Source: an uncultured delta proteobacterium (GTDB lineage: Bacteria; Desulfobacterota; Binatia; UBA9968). Taken from it: a DNA stretch of 64,000 bases. Shown here piece after piece: positions 27,455 to 37,453 of this stretch. How positions within the stretch are numbered: the stretch's first letter is position 1; every line of letters starts with the position of its first letter. The notes beneath the pieces are model-generated. The model was not told the DNA's origin. It saw only the letters and a program-made list of their open reading frames with translations, and searched no databases. Position numbers and translations under genes: made by a program. The stretch is from contig CAVYTU010000014.1 of assembly GCA_963771465.1 (NCBI GenBank), forward strand, positions 1,056,001 through 1,120,000, given 5' to 3'.

Positions 27455-29473
27455 ATGAAAAATTCCCAGCGCGCAACTGTCCGGCAATCTCGCAGCCCAG
27501 ACCCAGCCGCCGATGTTGAAACCCAAGTTAAGTGGATTGCGTGGTTAGTCCCGCTGGTGGTCGCCGGCGTCACTTGTGCCGCGTTTCTCCCGGCCCTTTG
27601 GAATGATTTTGTCAATTGGGACGATGACCGCAATCTCATCGATAATCCGTTCTATCGAGGTTTAGGCTGGACGCAACTTAGCTGGATGTTCAGCACATTT
27701 CACGAGGGCCACTACCAGCCTTTGAGTTGGCTGACTTTCGCAATTGATTATCTAATTTGGGGCATGAACCCGGTCGGCTACCATTTGACCAACTTGGTAT
27801 TGCACGGCGCCAATGCGGTTTTCTTTTATTTCCTCGCCCGGCGCCTGTTATACGCCGCGGTGCCGCAAGCGCGTGTCGTGGACAGCTGGCGGCTCCGCGT
27901 CAGTGCGGGGCTTGCGGCGCTGCTATTTGCCGTTCATCCGTTGCGCGTCGAGTCGGTGGCTTGGGCGACTGAGCGTCGTGACATGCTCTCTGCGCTGTTT
28001 TTTTTTGGCGCGATCTACTTTTACTTGCGAGCGTACGCGGCTGATCGTGATCAAGCGCGGCGCCGCTGGATGACCGGCGCAATAGTCGTATACGCGCTGT
28101 CTTTACTTTCCAAAGCCACAGCGATGACTCTGCCGATCGTTCTGCTGTTGTTGGATGTCTATCCGCTCAAGCGATTGCGCTTGGAATGGCCTCTAAGATT
28201 CACTGCCGCATTGCGTGAGGTGCTTTTAGAGAAGCTGCCGTTTTTTGTTCTCGCTGTGCTGTTCGCGGTCATCGCATTGATGGCCCAACAAAACACCGGT
28301 GCCCTGCGGCCAGTTGAGAATTATTTTTTCTCTTACCGGGTTGGCCAAGCGTTTTACGGGCTTTGCTTTTATCTCTGGAAAACGCTCGTGCCTGTTTCTC
28401 TCTCGCCGCTTTATGAACTGCCCTATGATTTCGAAGCATGGACGCCGGTGTTTCTCGCCTGTGCTATGACGGTGGTCGTTATCAGTGGGTCGCTCTTTTT
28501 GCTGCGCCAGCGCTGGCCCGCGGCTCTTGCTTGTTGGGTGTACTATCTCGTCGTGGTGGCGCCGGTGTTGGGCGTGGTGCAAAGCGGTCCGCAGTTGGTC
28601 GCGGACCGCTACAGCTATCTTTCCTGTCTGAGTTGGGCGTTGTTGGCGGGCGACGCTATTTACCAGTTGTCAAATTCTAGGCCAGAACTTAGCGCTCGCT
28701 CGGTCGGCTTCGCTGCCGTTGCCAGCTTGGCGAGCGCGTTGCTTGGGATACTCGGTTTTCTGACTTGGCAACAAACCCAAGTCTGGCGCGACTCAAAAAC
28801 GCTTTGGCAGCATGCCATCGCGGCGGGAAACGATTCGGCGTTTGCGAGCTATAACTTGGCGCGGATACTCGAGCTTGAAGGCAAACTGCCACAAAGCGTG
28901 GAATCCTACAGCCGCGCCATAAGTATCAATCCGACCATGGCCGACGCACACCATAATTTGGCGCGGCTATTGGCCCAGCAAGGCAAGACGGATGAAGCGA
29001 TTGCGCACTACCGTGAAGCCTTGAAATTCAAACCTCACGACGCCGAGACGCACAACAACTTGGCGTTCGCGCTGGCATCAAACGGAGAGCTTGAGGCATC
29101 GTTAGCCGAGTTTCGCCGCGCTATCGTGATCGATCCAAAATTCGCAAAGCCTTATTTTAACTTGGGGCGGTTGTTTGTTCGCAGCGGAGAACTCGATAAA
29201 GCGATAGACAATTTTCAACAGGCCGTGAAACTGGCACCGAACCAATCCGAAATACACGCCGGCTTGGCGGACGCTCTCGCGCGCGCGGGTAACGCAGACG
29301 AAGCGATTTTTCATTTGACGGCAGCGGTCAACCTCAGTCCTGGGTTCGCAGACGGGCATGTCGCGCTAGCGCGACTGCTCGCTCAACAAGGCAAGACCGA
29401 AGCAGCGGCCGAACACTACCAGGCCGCGATGAGACTGTTGACGGCTGCCGAAAAAGCCCGGTCGGCGAGATAA
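27455..29473 (+). CDS. TMTC-like GT-C glycosyltransferase (protein O-mannosyltransferase-like) with C-terminal TPR array
   Basis: NWDD, HYQPL, GYHLTNLVLH, HPLRVESVAWATERRD, LLSKA, ADRYSY, VWRDS, then multiple TPRs. Confidence 0.88.
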   Translation: MKNSQRATVRQSRSPDPAADVETQVKWIAWLVPLVVAGVTCAAFLPALWNDFVNWDDDRNLIDNPFYRGLGWTQLSWMFSTFHEGHYQPLSWLTFAIDYLIWGMNPVGYHLTNLVLHGANAVFFYFLARRLLYAAVPQARVVDSWRLRVSAGLAALLFAVHPLRVESVAWATERRDMLSALFFFGAIYFYLRAYAADRDQARRRWMTGAIVVYALSLLSKATAMTLPIVLLLLDVYPLKRLRLEWPLRFTAALREVLLEKLPFFVLAVLFAVIALMAQQNTGALRPVENYFFSYRVGQAFYGLCFYLWKTLVPVSLSPLYELPYDFEAWTPVFLACAMTVVVISGSLFLLRQRWPAALACWVYYLVVVAPVLGVVQSGPQLVADRYSYLSCLSWALLAGDAIYQLSNSRPELSARSVGFAAVASLASALLGILGFLTWQQTQVWRDSKTLWQHAIAAGNDSAFASYNLARILELEGKLPQSVESYSRAISINPTMADAHHNLARLLAQQGKTDEAIAHYREALKFKPHDAETHNNLAFALASNGELEASLAEFRRAIVIDPKFAKPYFNLGRLFVRSGELDKAIDNFQQAVKLAPNQSEIHAGLADALARAGNADEAIFHLTAAVNLSPGFADGHVALARLLAQQGKTEAAAEHYQAAMRLLTAAEKARSAR

Positions 29474-29509
29474 TCTTTGACGATAGCCGTCTGATTACAT
29501 TCCTAAAAA

Positions 29510-32035
29510 ATGGCACGCAAGAGCAAACGCCGGGCGCTGACCGCAAAGATATCCGGCGCCGCAGAGAGTGGAAACTCGGCGCAAATTTCACCGACTCACG
29601 AAAACCCGCGTTGGCTATGCCCCGTGATCCTGGTTATTTTCGTGATCGTATTCAGTTTGGTCACGATCACCAGTCTGGTACGCAAGTCCGCCACCGTCGA
29701 CGAGCCGTTACATCTCCTCGCCGGTTATTCCTATCTCAAATGGGGCGACTATCGCGCCAATCCGGAGCATCCACCGTTGGCGAAACAATGGGCGGCACTG
29801 CCGTTGCTCGCTCTCGACCTCAAGGATACGGGCCGCTCCAACCTGCACTGGGATTTGATTTCTGAATTCAGTCCGCATTCGTTGCACATCGACGCCGTCG
29901 CCGCCGACATGATCTTTGGCCATAACGATGCCGAAAGGCTTTTTTTTCTCGGCCGGCTGATGATCGTTACCGTGGCTGTCGTGTTGGGACTGCTGATCTT
30001 TCGTTGGAGCCGAGAACTGTTCGGTATCGAAGCGGCGATCGCGGCGTTATTTCTCTACGGCTTAGACCCCAACATTTTGGCGCACAGCCAGGTGGTGCAC
30101 ACCGATATCGCCTTCGCCACGATGTTTTTTATCGGTACCTATTTCTATTGGCACGCTTTAGAAAAACTTACCTGGGCGAATCTCGCGCTGACCGCATTGT
30201 TTTTCGGTCTCGCCTCGATCACCAAATATGGCTACCCGGTGATGTTGATCACATGGGGGCTTCTCGGACTGGCAAAAGTGTTTTCCTCGACGCTCCAGGT
30301 CTCGGCTCTCCCGGTTCCAGATACGTCAATCGGCCGCTTAGCAAAATCTAAAAACGTCGCGCTGATTTTGATTTGCTCGTTGGCGAGCGCTTATGTCTTG
30401 ATTTGGTGTGCCTACGGCTTTCGTTTCGACGCGCTGCCCGGAGGAACTAAGCATTTGCCGTTGGCCACGGAATTGCCGGAGAGTCTTCTGCTCCAAACGG
30501 TAGTCAGTTTCATTACCCACCATCGAGTCTTTCCCGAAGCGTGGATCTACGGCCAACTCTACGTCCTAAAAAACTTGCACCGAGAAGCTTATCTCCTCGG
30601 CGCTTATTCCGACAACGGGTTTTGGCTTTACTTCCCAGTGGCGTTTGCGGTCAAGACACCGCTGACGACTCTCATCTTATTCGCTGCCGCCATCGCTCTT
30701 TGCATTACGAAGCGAGAGGAGCGTTTCGCGAGAGTGTTTCTGCTCATCGCCGTTGCGGCCTACTTCTCGTTCGCGATTCTCACCCGCATCAATATCGGTC
30801 TGCGTCACATTCTGCCAATCTATCCGTTCATTTTTGTCTTAGCGGGGGGAGTTGCCGCGGAGTTATGGCGAGGTCGAACTAGACTCAAACGGGGCGCGCT
30901 GATGGTTCTTGGCGTGTGGAGTCTGTTGTCTGGCGCCGGCAGCTATCCCCATTTCCTCGCCTATTTTAACGAACTCGCCGGCGGCTCGAGCAATGGTCAT
31001 AAGTATCTGCTCGATTCCAACCTCGATTGGGGTCAGGATTTGAAGGAATTGAAACGCTGGCTGGATAGCAACGGCGTGAAAAGAATTCAGTTTCTTTATT
31101 TCGGCTTTCATGACGCCGCGGCGCCTCGATATTATGGGATCGACGCGCAATTTCTACCCGGGAGTTGGGTTGGCAACGAGGCGGTGCCCGCCAGCGTCAG
31201 TGCTCCAGCTGACTATCTTGCCATTAGCGCGAATCACCTTTATGGGGGGTTTTTTGTGCGCGGCGAGCGGCGGGAAGATTTCGTCAAAGTGTTTCGCACG
31301 TTGAAGCCGGAAGTGGTGATCGGCTATTCGATTTATGTGTATCGGATTTCTCTAGCCATCGCGGAGCTGCGCCGCCGAGCCGAGAGCAATCCTGCTACGG
31401 CGGAGAATTACGCCGATCTCGGCAGTCTGCTCGACAATCAGGCGCGGCGCGAAGAAGCCGAGCAATTCTATCGTCGAGCCGTCGCGGTTGATGGAAGTTC
31501 GACCAACGGAAATTACCATTTGGGAATTATTCTCACCAAACGTGGTCAACTGTCTGAGGCAATCACACACTTCCATCAAGCCGCGCAGGCGAGCCCGAAA
31601 GACCCCGACATTCGTTATGACCTGGCTGTAGTGCTCGCTTTGAATGGGGAGCTCAATGAGGCGGTTGAGCAATTTTGGGCAACGCTGAAAATCCACCCAA
31701 ACTATACCAAGGCGCACTACAATCTCGGCGTTACGCTCGCCAAATTGGGCGACACCGCTGGCGCTATCGAACAGTTACGGGCTACTTTGAACATCGATAC
31801 CATGTACAGCAAAGCCTATTATCAACTGGGCGTATTGCTCGCCCAGCAAGGCGAGGTTGCTGAAGCGATCAGTCAATTACGCCGGGCACTGCAAATCCAT
31901 GCGGAATACGCCGAAGCGCACGATAGCTTGGGTCGATTGCTAGCGGCTCAAGGACAACGGGAGGAAGCGGTCAAACATCTTGAAACGGCAGTGCGCATTC
32001 TTAGGGCGCGCCAGGCGGCGCCAACGGCGCCGTGA
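29510..32035 (+). CDS. ArnT/PMT-type GT-C glycosyltransferase with C-terminal TPR array
   Basis: ATVDEPLH, NPEHPPLAK, PNILAHS...TD, NIGLRHILP, DSNLDWGQDL, then TPRs. Confidence 0.85.
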   Translation: MARKSKRRALTAKISGAAESGNSAQISPTHENPRWLCPVILVIFVIVFSLVTITSLVRKSATVDEPLHLLAGYSYLKWGDYRANPEHPPLAKQWAALPLLALDLKDTGRSNLHWDLISEFSPHSLHIDAVAADMIFGHNDAERLFFLGRLMIVTVAVVLGLLIFRWSRELFGIEAAIAALFLYGLDPNILAHSQVVHTDIAFATMFFIGTYFYWHALEKLTWANLALTALFFGLASITKYGYPVMLITWGLLGLAKVFSSTLQVSALPVPDTSIGRLAKSKNVALILICSLASAYVLIWCAYGFRFDALPGGTKHLPLATELPESLLLQTVVSFITHHRVFPEAWIYGQLYVLKNLHREAYLLGAYSDNGFWLYFPVAFAVKTPLTTLILFAAAIALCITKREERFARVFLLIAVAAYFSFAILTRINIGLRHILPIYPFIFVLAGGVAAELWRGRTRLKRGALMVLGVWSLLSGAGSYPHFLAYFNELAGGSSNGHKYLLDSNLDWGQDLKELKRWLDSNGVKRIQFLYFGFHDAAAPRYYGIDAQFLPGSWVGNEAVPASVSAPADYLAISANHLYGGFFVRGERREDFVKVFRTLKPEVVIGYSIYVYRISLAIAELRRRAESNPATAENYADLGSLLDNQARREEAEQFYRRAVAVDGSSTNGNYHLGIILTKRGQLSEAITHFHQAAQASPKDPDIRYDLAVVLALNGELNEAVEQFWATLKIHPNYTKAHYNLGVTLAKLGDTAGAIEQLRATLNIDTMYSKAYYQLGVLLAQQGEVAEAISQLRRALQIHAEYAEAHDSLGRLLAAQGQREEAVKHLETAVRILRARQAAPTAP

Positions 32036-32039
32036 ACTT

Positions 32040-32398
32040 CATCTCCTTGCCGAAAAAAGTTTCGCAGAGCCGGCGGCGCTCGGCGGTTTGCTTTCAGTTC
32101 TACTCATGTACTTTGTTGGCGCGCGATTGTTCGGACAGGCTACCGGCATGATCGCCGCTGGGATCTTGGCATTGAACCCTTGGCACCTACAGATAAGTCG
32201 TCTTGGCGTTGAAGTGCTGCCTTGAGGCCGATCGGCTACGCGGCGCTCACCGAATTGCTGCGCAACGACCGGCTCGATCGGGTTGTCTTCCTGGTTCGCC
32301 CCGGCGAGCTCGGTTTGCAACGAAACGCGCGGCCGGTCTATGAAGCGCGTGGGCCCGATGGCAAGGCGACGCTCTGGGCTTTCGACATAAATTTGTAA
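32040..32398 (+). pseudogene. Internally deleted GT-C glycosyltransferase remnant
   Basis: AALGGLLSVLLMYFVGARLFGQATGMIAAGILALNPWHLQISRLGVE, then a plausible C-terminus ...VFLVRPGEL...VYEARGPDGKATLWAFDINL-TAA. Confidence 0.7.
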
Positions 32399-32465
32399 GC
32401 GCTCTTAAAGCTGTGTCCAGGCGTGATAGATTCTGGTTCGCGCAAATCAAGAATTTTAGTTGACA

Positions 32466-34526
32466 ATGAGTAAGCAGGAATCTCGCGCCGCGAGAAAACG
32501 TCGGCAGACCCGGCAAGCGCACGCCGGGGCGGACCGCAAAAGGTCGCGATCTTCGACATCGCTGTTAGGATTCGGGTCGGTTTTCGCCGCGGCGTTTTTT
32601 CTTCGGTTGATTTACCTTTGGCAGATCGAGTCGATCCCGCTCTTTTATCATCTCGCCGGCGACGGCCGGGCGTATGATGAGTGGGCACAGCGCATCGCCG
32701 CGGGCGATGGGTTGGGCCAGGGTATTTTCTATCAGGCGCCCTTGTATCCCTACTTTCTCGGCGTGTTGCAGTTCGTCTTCGGTCACAATCTTTGGCTGAT
32801 TCGATTTCTACAAGTCATTGTCGATTCGCTTTCCTGCGCGCTGGTGTTTCTGGTCGGCGAGAAATTGTTTTCGCGGCCCGCGGGCATCGCCGCCGGACTG
32901 CTTCTCGCTGGCTACGCACCGGCGATTTTCTTCGCTGCGCTGATTGAAAAATCGGTTCTCGATCTGATGCTTCTTAGCTTACTAATGTTTGTGCTGCTTA
33001 ATGGCGTGGACAAGAGTTGGCTGAAATGGCTCGGCGCCGGCGCGCTGCTCGGACTGCTCGGCTTGTCGCGTGAGAATGCGCTGATTTTGGCGCCGGTGGT
33101 GTCGTTGTGGATCTGGTTTCACTATTCGCCCCTGCCATTCGCGCAACGGGCTCGCTGGCTCGCATTGTTTTTCGCCGGACTGATGCTGGTTTTGATCCCG
33201 GTTGGAATGCGGAATTTGTTAGTTGGCGGTGAGTTCAAGCTGACGACTTCCCAGTTCGGTGCCAACTTTTACATCGGCAACAATGCCGCCGCCGACGGAA
33301 CCTATGGCTCGATTCGCAACATGCTCGGCGAGACTCAACTCGAAGGGTCCGACGCGAAACGTTTGGCGGAACGTAAATTGGGCCGCGAACTCACGCCGGG
33401 TGAAGTTTCGAATTATTGGTCCGGGCAAGCGCTCGAGTACATTAAGGCGCAACCGTCACAGTGGCTGCGCCTGGTGGGACTGAAATGGCTCTTGGTGTGG
33501 AATGCGCGCGAGGTCGAAGACTCGGACGATTTTTACATTTATCAAAATTGGTCGTGGTTACTTTCAAGCTTGGCGCTTTTCAGCCACTTCGGCGTGCTCG
33601 CGCCGTTGGCCGCGATCGGTGTGATGTTCACGCTTGGCCAATGGCGTCGACTATGGCTCCTCTACGCAATGATTCTCGCCTTGACGGTGAGCGTAGCGGC
33701 CTTTTATGTGTTCGGCCGTTACCGCTTTCCGCTGGTGCCGTTGCTGGTGCTGTTTGCCGGCGCCGGCGTTATTGAAGCAGCAAAATTTTTCCAACGGCGC
33801 GCGTGGAGCAGCTTGGCGCCGGCATTGCTCCTATTGCTCCTATTGATTGGCGTCGGCGTGGTGGTCAACTGGCCGTTGCGAAAAGTAGCTGGCGCCGGCG
33901 CGGCCGGCTACAACAATCTGGCCAACGCTTTTGCCAAGCAAGGCAAAATCAGCGAAGCGATCAAGACCGCCGAGCGGGCGCTTGAAGTGGAGCCGGATTA
34001 CGCCGTGGCGCAATACAATCTCGGCAATTTATACGCGCAGCAGGGCAAATTCGATTTGGCTAAACGCCACTTCGAGGCAGCGCTTCGGCTTTTGCCCAAC
34101 TACGCCGAGGCGCATGGCAACTATGGCCAGCTGCTCGCCGAGGGCGGCGATATTGACGCCGGCATGAAGCATTTTGAAAAAGCCGTGACGCTTAACCCAA
34201 CACTCAGTCGAGCGCAGCTCAATCTCGGCGTGGCGTTGGCGAAACAAGGAAAGACCGCAGCGGCGATCGAACCCTTGAAAGCCGCGGCTCGATTGAATAC
34301 CGGCTCGCCGCAAGCGAGTTTTTTTCTCGGCAGCGTCTACGCGGTGCAGAATCGCTACGCGGAAGCCGAAGCTTCCTTCAATCGAGCGTTGCAGATCGAC
34401 GGCAATTTCGCCCCGGCGCATCAAAGCTTAGCGCAGTTGTTCGAATTACAGGGCAATAAGGAAGCGGCGTTGCGCCACTACCGGGAAATCGCTCGATTGA
34501 TGAAACAGAGCGGCGCCGCGCGGTGA
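32466..34526 (+). CDS. ArnT/PMT-type GT-C glycosyltransferase with C-terminal TPR array
   Basis: GDGRAYDEWA, FYQAPLYPYFL, LSRENAL, NFYIGNN, RYRFP, then TPRs. Confidence 0.85.
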   Translation: MSKQESRAARKRRQTRQAHAGADRKRSRSSTSLLGFGSVFAAAFFLRLIYLWQIESIPLFYHLAGDGRAYDEWAQRIAAGDGLGQGIFYQAPLYPYFLGVLQFVFGHNLWLIRFLQVIVDSLSCALVFLVGEKLFSRPAGIAAGLLLAGYAPAIFFAALIEKSVLDLMLLSLLMFVLLNGVDKSWLKWLGAGALLGLLGLSRENALILAPVVSLWIWFHYSPLPFAQRARWLALFFAGLMLVLIPVGMRNLLVGGEFKLTTSQFGANFYIGNNAAADGTYGSIRNMLGETQLEGSDAKRLAERKLGRELTPGEVSNYWSGQALEYIKAQPSQWLRLVGLKWLLVWNAREVEDSDDFYIYQNWSWLLSSLALFSHFGVLAPLAAIGVMFTLGQWRRLWLLYAMILALTVSVAAFYVFGRYRFPLVPLLVLFAGAGVIEAAKFFQRRAWSSLAPALLLLLLLIGVGVVVNWPLRKVAGAGAAGYNNLANAFAKQGKISEAIKTAERALEVEPDYAVAQYNLGNLYAQQGKFDLAKRHFEAALRLLPNYAEAHGNYGQLLAEGGDIDAGMKHFEKAVTLNPTLSRAQLNLGVALAKQGKTAAAIEPLKAAARLNTGSPQASFFLGSVYAVQNRYAEAEASFNRALQIDGNFAPAHQSLAQLFELQGNKEAALRHYREIARLMKQSGAAR

Positions 34527-34562
34527 TCCCGTCGGATGCGTCGAATCCGTCTGCTGCGCGAT

Positions 34563-36581
34563 TCACAATTCGGCGCGCAATATCAACGAAGCGGGTGGAT
34601 CAATGATTTTAATAAAAGGAATCGGATCGTCGGCTAGTTTGACCGGTTCGATGGTGGCAGCAGGTTCACTCTTGAGGCCGGCAATCCAATGATATTTGAG
34701 AACAATGACCTTGCCTTTGAGCTCGCTGAGCTCGATGCGGTTGAGTGATGTTTTGACTTTACCTTCGCCTTCGATGAACCAACTGAGAGTTTGATCGACT
34801 TTCAGCAAATGCACCGGGCCGATGCGCCGGTCGAGGGTGAAGAGACCGGGTATGGCTTGGAACCGTTTGAGTGAGACGGGGTGAAACGCGACCACGGCGC
34901 CGATGTTGTAAAGGCGCAGATAACTTCGCAGCTCTTCGTCGGAGAAAGTAGCGATGTCGCGCTTGAACAGTTTGCCTGAGTGAAACTCGGTGAAATGGTG
35001 CCGGTCGTTGTAGAGATTGATCGGTCCACCGATGAGTTGGCGGCTGATGTGATGCGCGATGAACGACGAAAGATACATGCCGTCATAGACAAAGCCGGTT
35101 TCATCTCCCGACTCTTCGAACAAGACTCGCGCTTCTACTGAGGTTTCGCGTGCGATCCAGTCAGCGACCGCGGCGATTTCGGGAATCGCTCGGGTCCTGA
35201 GCTTGAGTTTGCCTGCCGCTTCCGTTTGGACAAGGTTTACCGCGAAGGCGCAGAGCGCTAGGCTCAGCAGCCACGGCACCCATCGCCAAAATCTTCCGTC
35301 ACGCCCGTTCACCCAGCGGCTGATGGCGTAAGCCGCGCCGATCGCGAGAAACAAATCGTAGGGAACCTTGAAGCGCAGCGGTTGCCAGGCTTTGACACTC
35401 GGTAGGAACGCGCCGAAGTAGGTTAAGATGAACAAAACAGAAATTGCCCAAGCGAGCATGATGCCGAGCGCGCGATGTTCGCTTTGAATGAGCGTGCGGA
35501 TTCCGGCCGCGCCGAGAATCAACAGGGCGATGCGAAAGCCCTTTTCGACAAATGACGGCCGGAAGGTCCAGTAACCTTTGGTGCCGACGTAGTCGATTAC
35601 AAAAGTAAATGGATCGGTGCTGGCGAAGAGCGGTAGCTGCTCGACGATCGATTGTGAAACATCGTCGTTACGGTGGGCGATTGCGGTGAAGAGCCACGGT
35701 GAGTTTACCAGCAGCGATGCCGCAGCCGCGCCGAAGAGTGCCAAGAGCCGATTGCGTTGGAGCGATTTGGGCTGGGCAACCAGCAAGGCGATCATCGGCG
35801 GGGCCAGGATCAATATCGACTGCACATGCAGCGGCAAGATGACCACCGCGAAGAAGAGCCAGCCGATATGAGCTGGTGAGATTGCTCTGTCTTCACTAGC
35901 GATCCGATAAAATAGTGACACGCCCCAGATGCTCAGGTAGGAAGCGACGGGGAAGCCGATCATGCCGTAGAAAAACATCTCGCGCGGCAATGAGTTCCAC
36001 CAGTAAATGATGCCCAATAAAGCGGCCGAGAGTGCGATTAGATTTTTCGAGTCGACAGCGTAGAAAAAATTCCTGGCGGCGAAAAACATCAGCCATGGCA
36101 CAGCGGCCATCGATAAAAACACGCTTAGCTTAAACCATTGGAGAGCGGTGAGCGTTAAGGCGGACAAGACGAGCGCAGTGAATTCAAAGAACTTGATGCT
36201 CAGATCTTGAATCGTGTTCGACGGGTAGCCGGCCATGAACAACGGATTGTAACCAGAGAGTATTCGATCCCGCGTCCAGAATGCTTCCAGCGATTTCAAG
36301 TGGTGAAAGTGCAGCCCCCAGTCCTGATCGATGAGCGGATGGGTATCGAACAAGCCGCCGATGGATTGAAAGAGCAGCAATAGGCCGAGCAGATGAAGAG
36401 CAAAGACGACGCCCGTGGCAGTGATCGCGCGGCGGGGATGGTTGAACCCAATACGCAGGATCGAATATCGGCCAAGGTTGTCGTTCGCTGCACGATCAGC
36501 AGCGTTGCGGAGATTTCGGCTGCGTCGGCGCGGCGGTCTGCGCACGGCGAACTGAATGGCAACTGAGTCGACGAGGGACAT
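34563..36581 (-). CDS. Multi-pass membrane protein, probable GT-C-fold glycosyltransferase
   Basis: Acidic DQDWGLH and GYNPLFMAGYP in the first external loop, many TM helices, soluble C-terminal domain. Start uncertain. Confidence 0.6.
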   Translation of the reverse strand: MSLVDSVAIQFAVRRPPRRRSRNLRNAADRAANDNLGRYSILRIGFNHPRRAITATGVVFALHLLGLLLLFQSIGGLFDTHPLIDQDWGLHFHHLKSLEAFWTRDRILSGYNPLFMAGYPSNTIQDLSIKFFEFTALVLSALTLTALQWFKLSVFLSMAAVPWLMFFAARNFFYAVDSKNLIALSAALLGIIYWWNSLPREMFFYGMIGFPVASYLSIWGVSLFYRIASEDRAISPAHIGWLFFAVVILPLHVQSILILAPPMIALLVAQPKSLQRNRLLALFGAAAASLLVNSPWLFTAIAHRNDDVSQSIVEQLPLFASTDPFTFVIDYVGTKGYWTFRPSFVEKGFRIALLILGAAGIRTLIQSEHRALGIMLAWAISVLFILTYFGAFLPSVKAWQPLRFKVPYDLFLAIGAAYAISRWVNGRDGRFWRWVPWLLSLALCAFAVNLVQTEAAGKLKLRTRAIPEIAAVADWIARETSVEARVLFEESGDETGFVYDGMYLSSFIAHHISRQLIGGPINLYNDRHHFTEFHSGKLFKRDIATFSDEELRSYLRLYNIGAVVAFHPVSLKRFQAIPGLFTLDRRIGPVHLLKVDQTLSWFIEGEGKVKTSLNRIELSELKGKVIVLKYHWIAGLKSEPAATIEPVKLADDPIPFIKIIDPPASLILRAEL

Positions 36582-36689
36582 GAGAACTATTTTTTCGCCA
36601 AGCCGGTGAAAAGGGTCGGAAAGTGGAAACCCCGAGAAGCCTATAGTAAGAACGTAAGGGATAGATAACAGCAACGAGATTTCTTGCCA

Positions 36690-37445
36690 ATGAGCCAAAC
36701 AGATATTTATCTCTCGGTGATCGTGCCGGCATACAACGAAGCGGCGCGCGTCGGCAAAACCTTAGAGCGATTGCAGCAATATCTCACCCACGCGCGATTC
36801 AGCTACGAGATCTTAGTCGTCATTGACGGTTCCACGGACGCAACCGCGCAAGTCGTGCGGCAACGGGCCGAGGGATTTTCCGGGCTTGGATTGATCGAGC
36901 GCGGCGCCAATCGCGGCAAAGGATTTACCGTGAGAGAAGGGATGCTTGCCGCCGTCGGTCAGGTTCGGTTGTTCTGCGACGCCGATAACTCGACCGACAT
37001 CGGCCACTTCGACAAGATGAAGCCGCTGCTCGACCAAGGCTACGATGTCGTCATCGCGTCGCGCAACGACTCGGACGTGGCCGGCGCGGAGCAGGCGGTC
37101 GCGCAGGCCTGGTATAAGCGCGCCGTCGGCAGATTAGGCAATCGGATTGTGCAGCGGCTGGCGGTGCCCGGTATTTGGGATACCCAGTGCGGCTTTAAGG
37201 CATTTCGCGCCGTCGCCGCCGAGCGAATTTTTTCACAGACGACGATAGAGCGCTGGGGTTTTGACATCGAAGCGCTGGCTTTGGCGCAGGCGCTAAACTA
37301 TCGGATCGGTATTATTCCCGCCCATTGGATCAATGATGACCGAAGCCACGTGCGGTCGCTGGATTATTTAAAAGTGCTCACCGACACCTGGGCGGTGCGG
37401 CGAAATCTGCGCGCCGGCAAGTACCAGCTGTCAAATTTCACGTGA
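36690..37445 (+). CDS. GT2 polyprenyl-phosphate glycosyltransferase (dolichyl-phosphate beta-glucosyltransferase/Alg5-like)
   Basis: LSVIVPAYNE, DGSTD, NRGKG...VREGML, FCDAD, DTQCGFKAF, WGFDIE. Confidence 0.9.
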   Translation: MSQTDIYLSVIVPAYNEAARVGKTLERLQQYLTHARFSYEILVVIDGSTDATAQVVRQRAEGFSGLGLIERGANRGKGFTVREGMLAAVGQVRLFCDADNSTDIGHFDKMKPLLDQGYDVVIASRNDSDVAGAEQAVAQAWYKRAVGRLGNRIVQRLAVPGIWDTQCGFKAFRAVAAERIFSQTTIERWGFDIEALALAQALNYRIGIIPAHWINDDRSHVRSLDYLKVLTDTWAVRRNLRAGKYQLSNFT

Positions 37446-37453
37446 TTCGCTTT

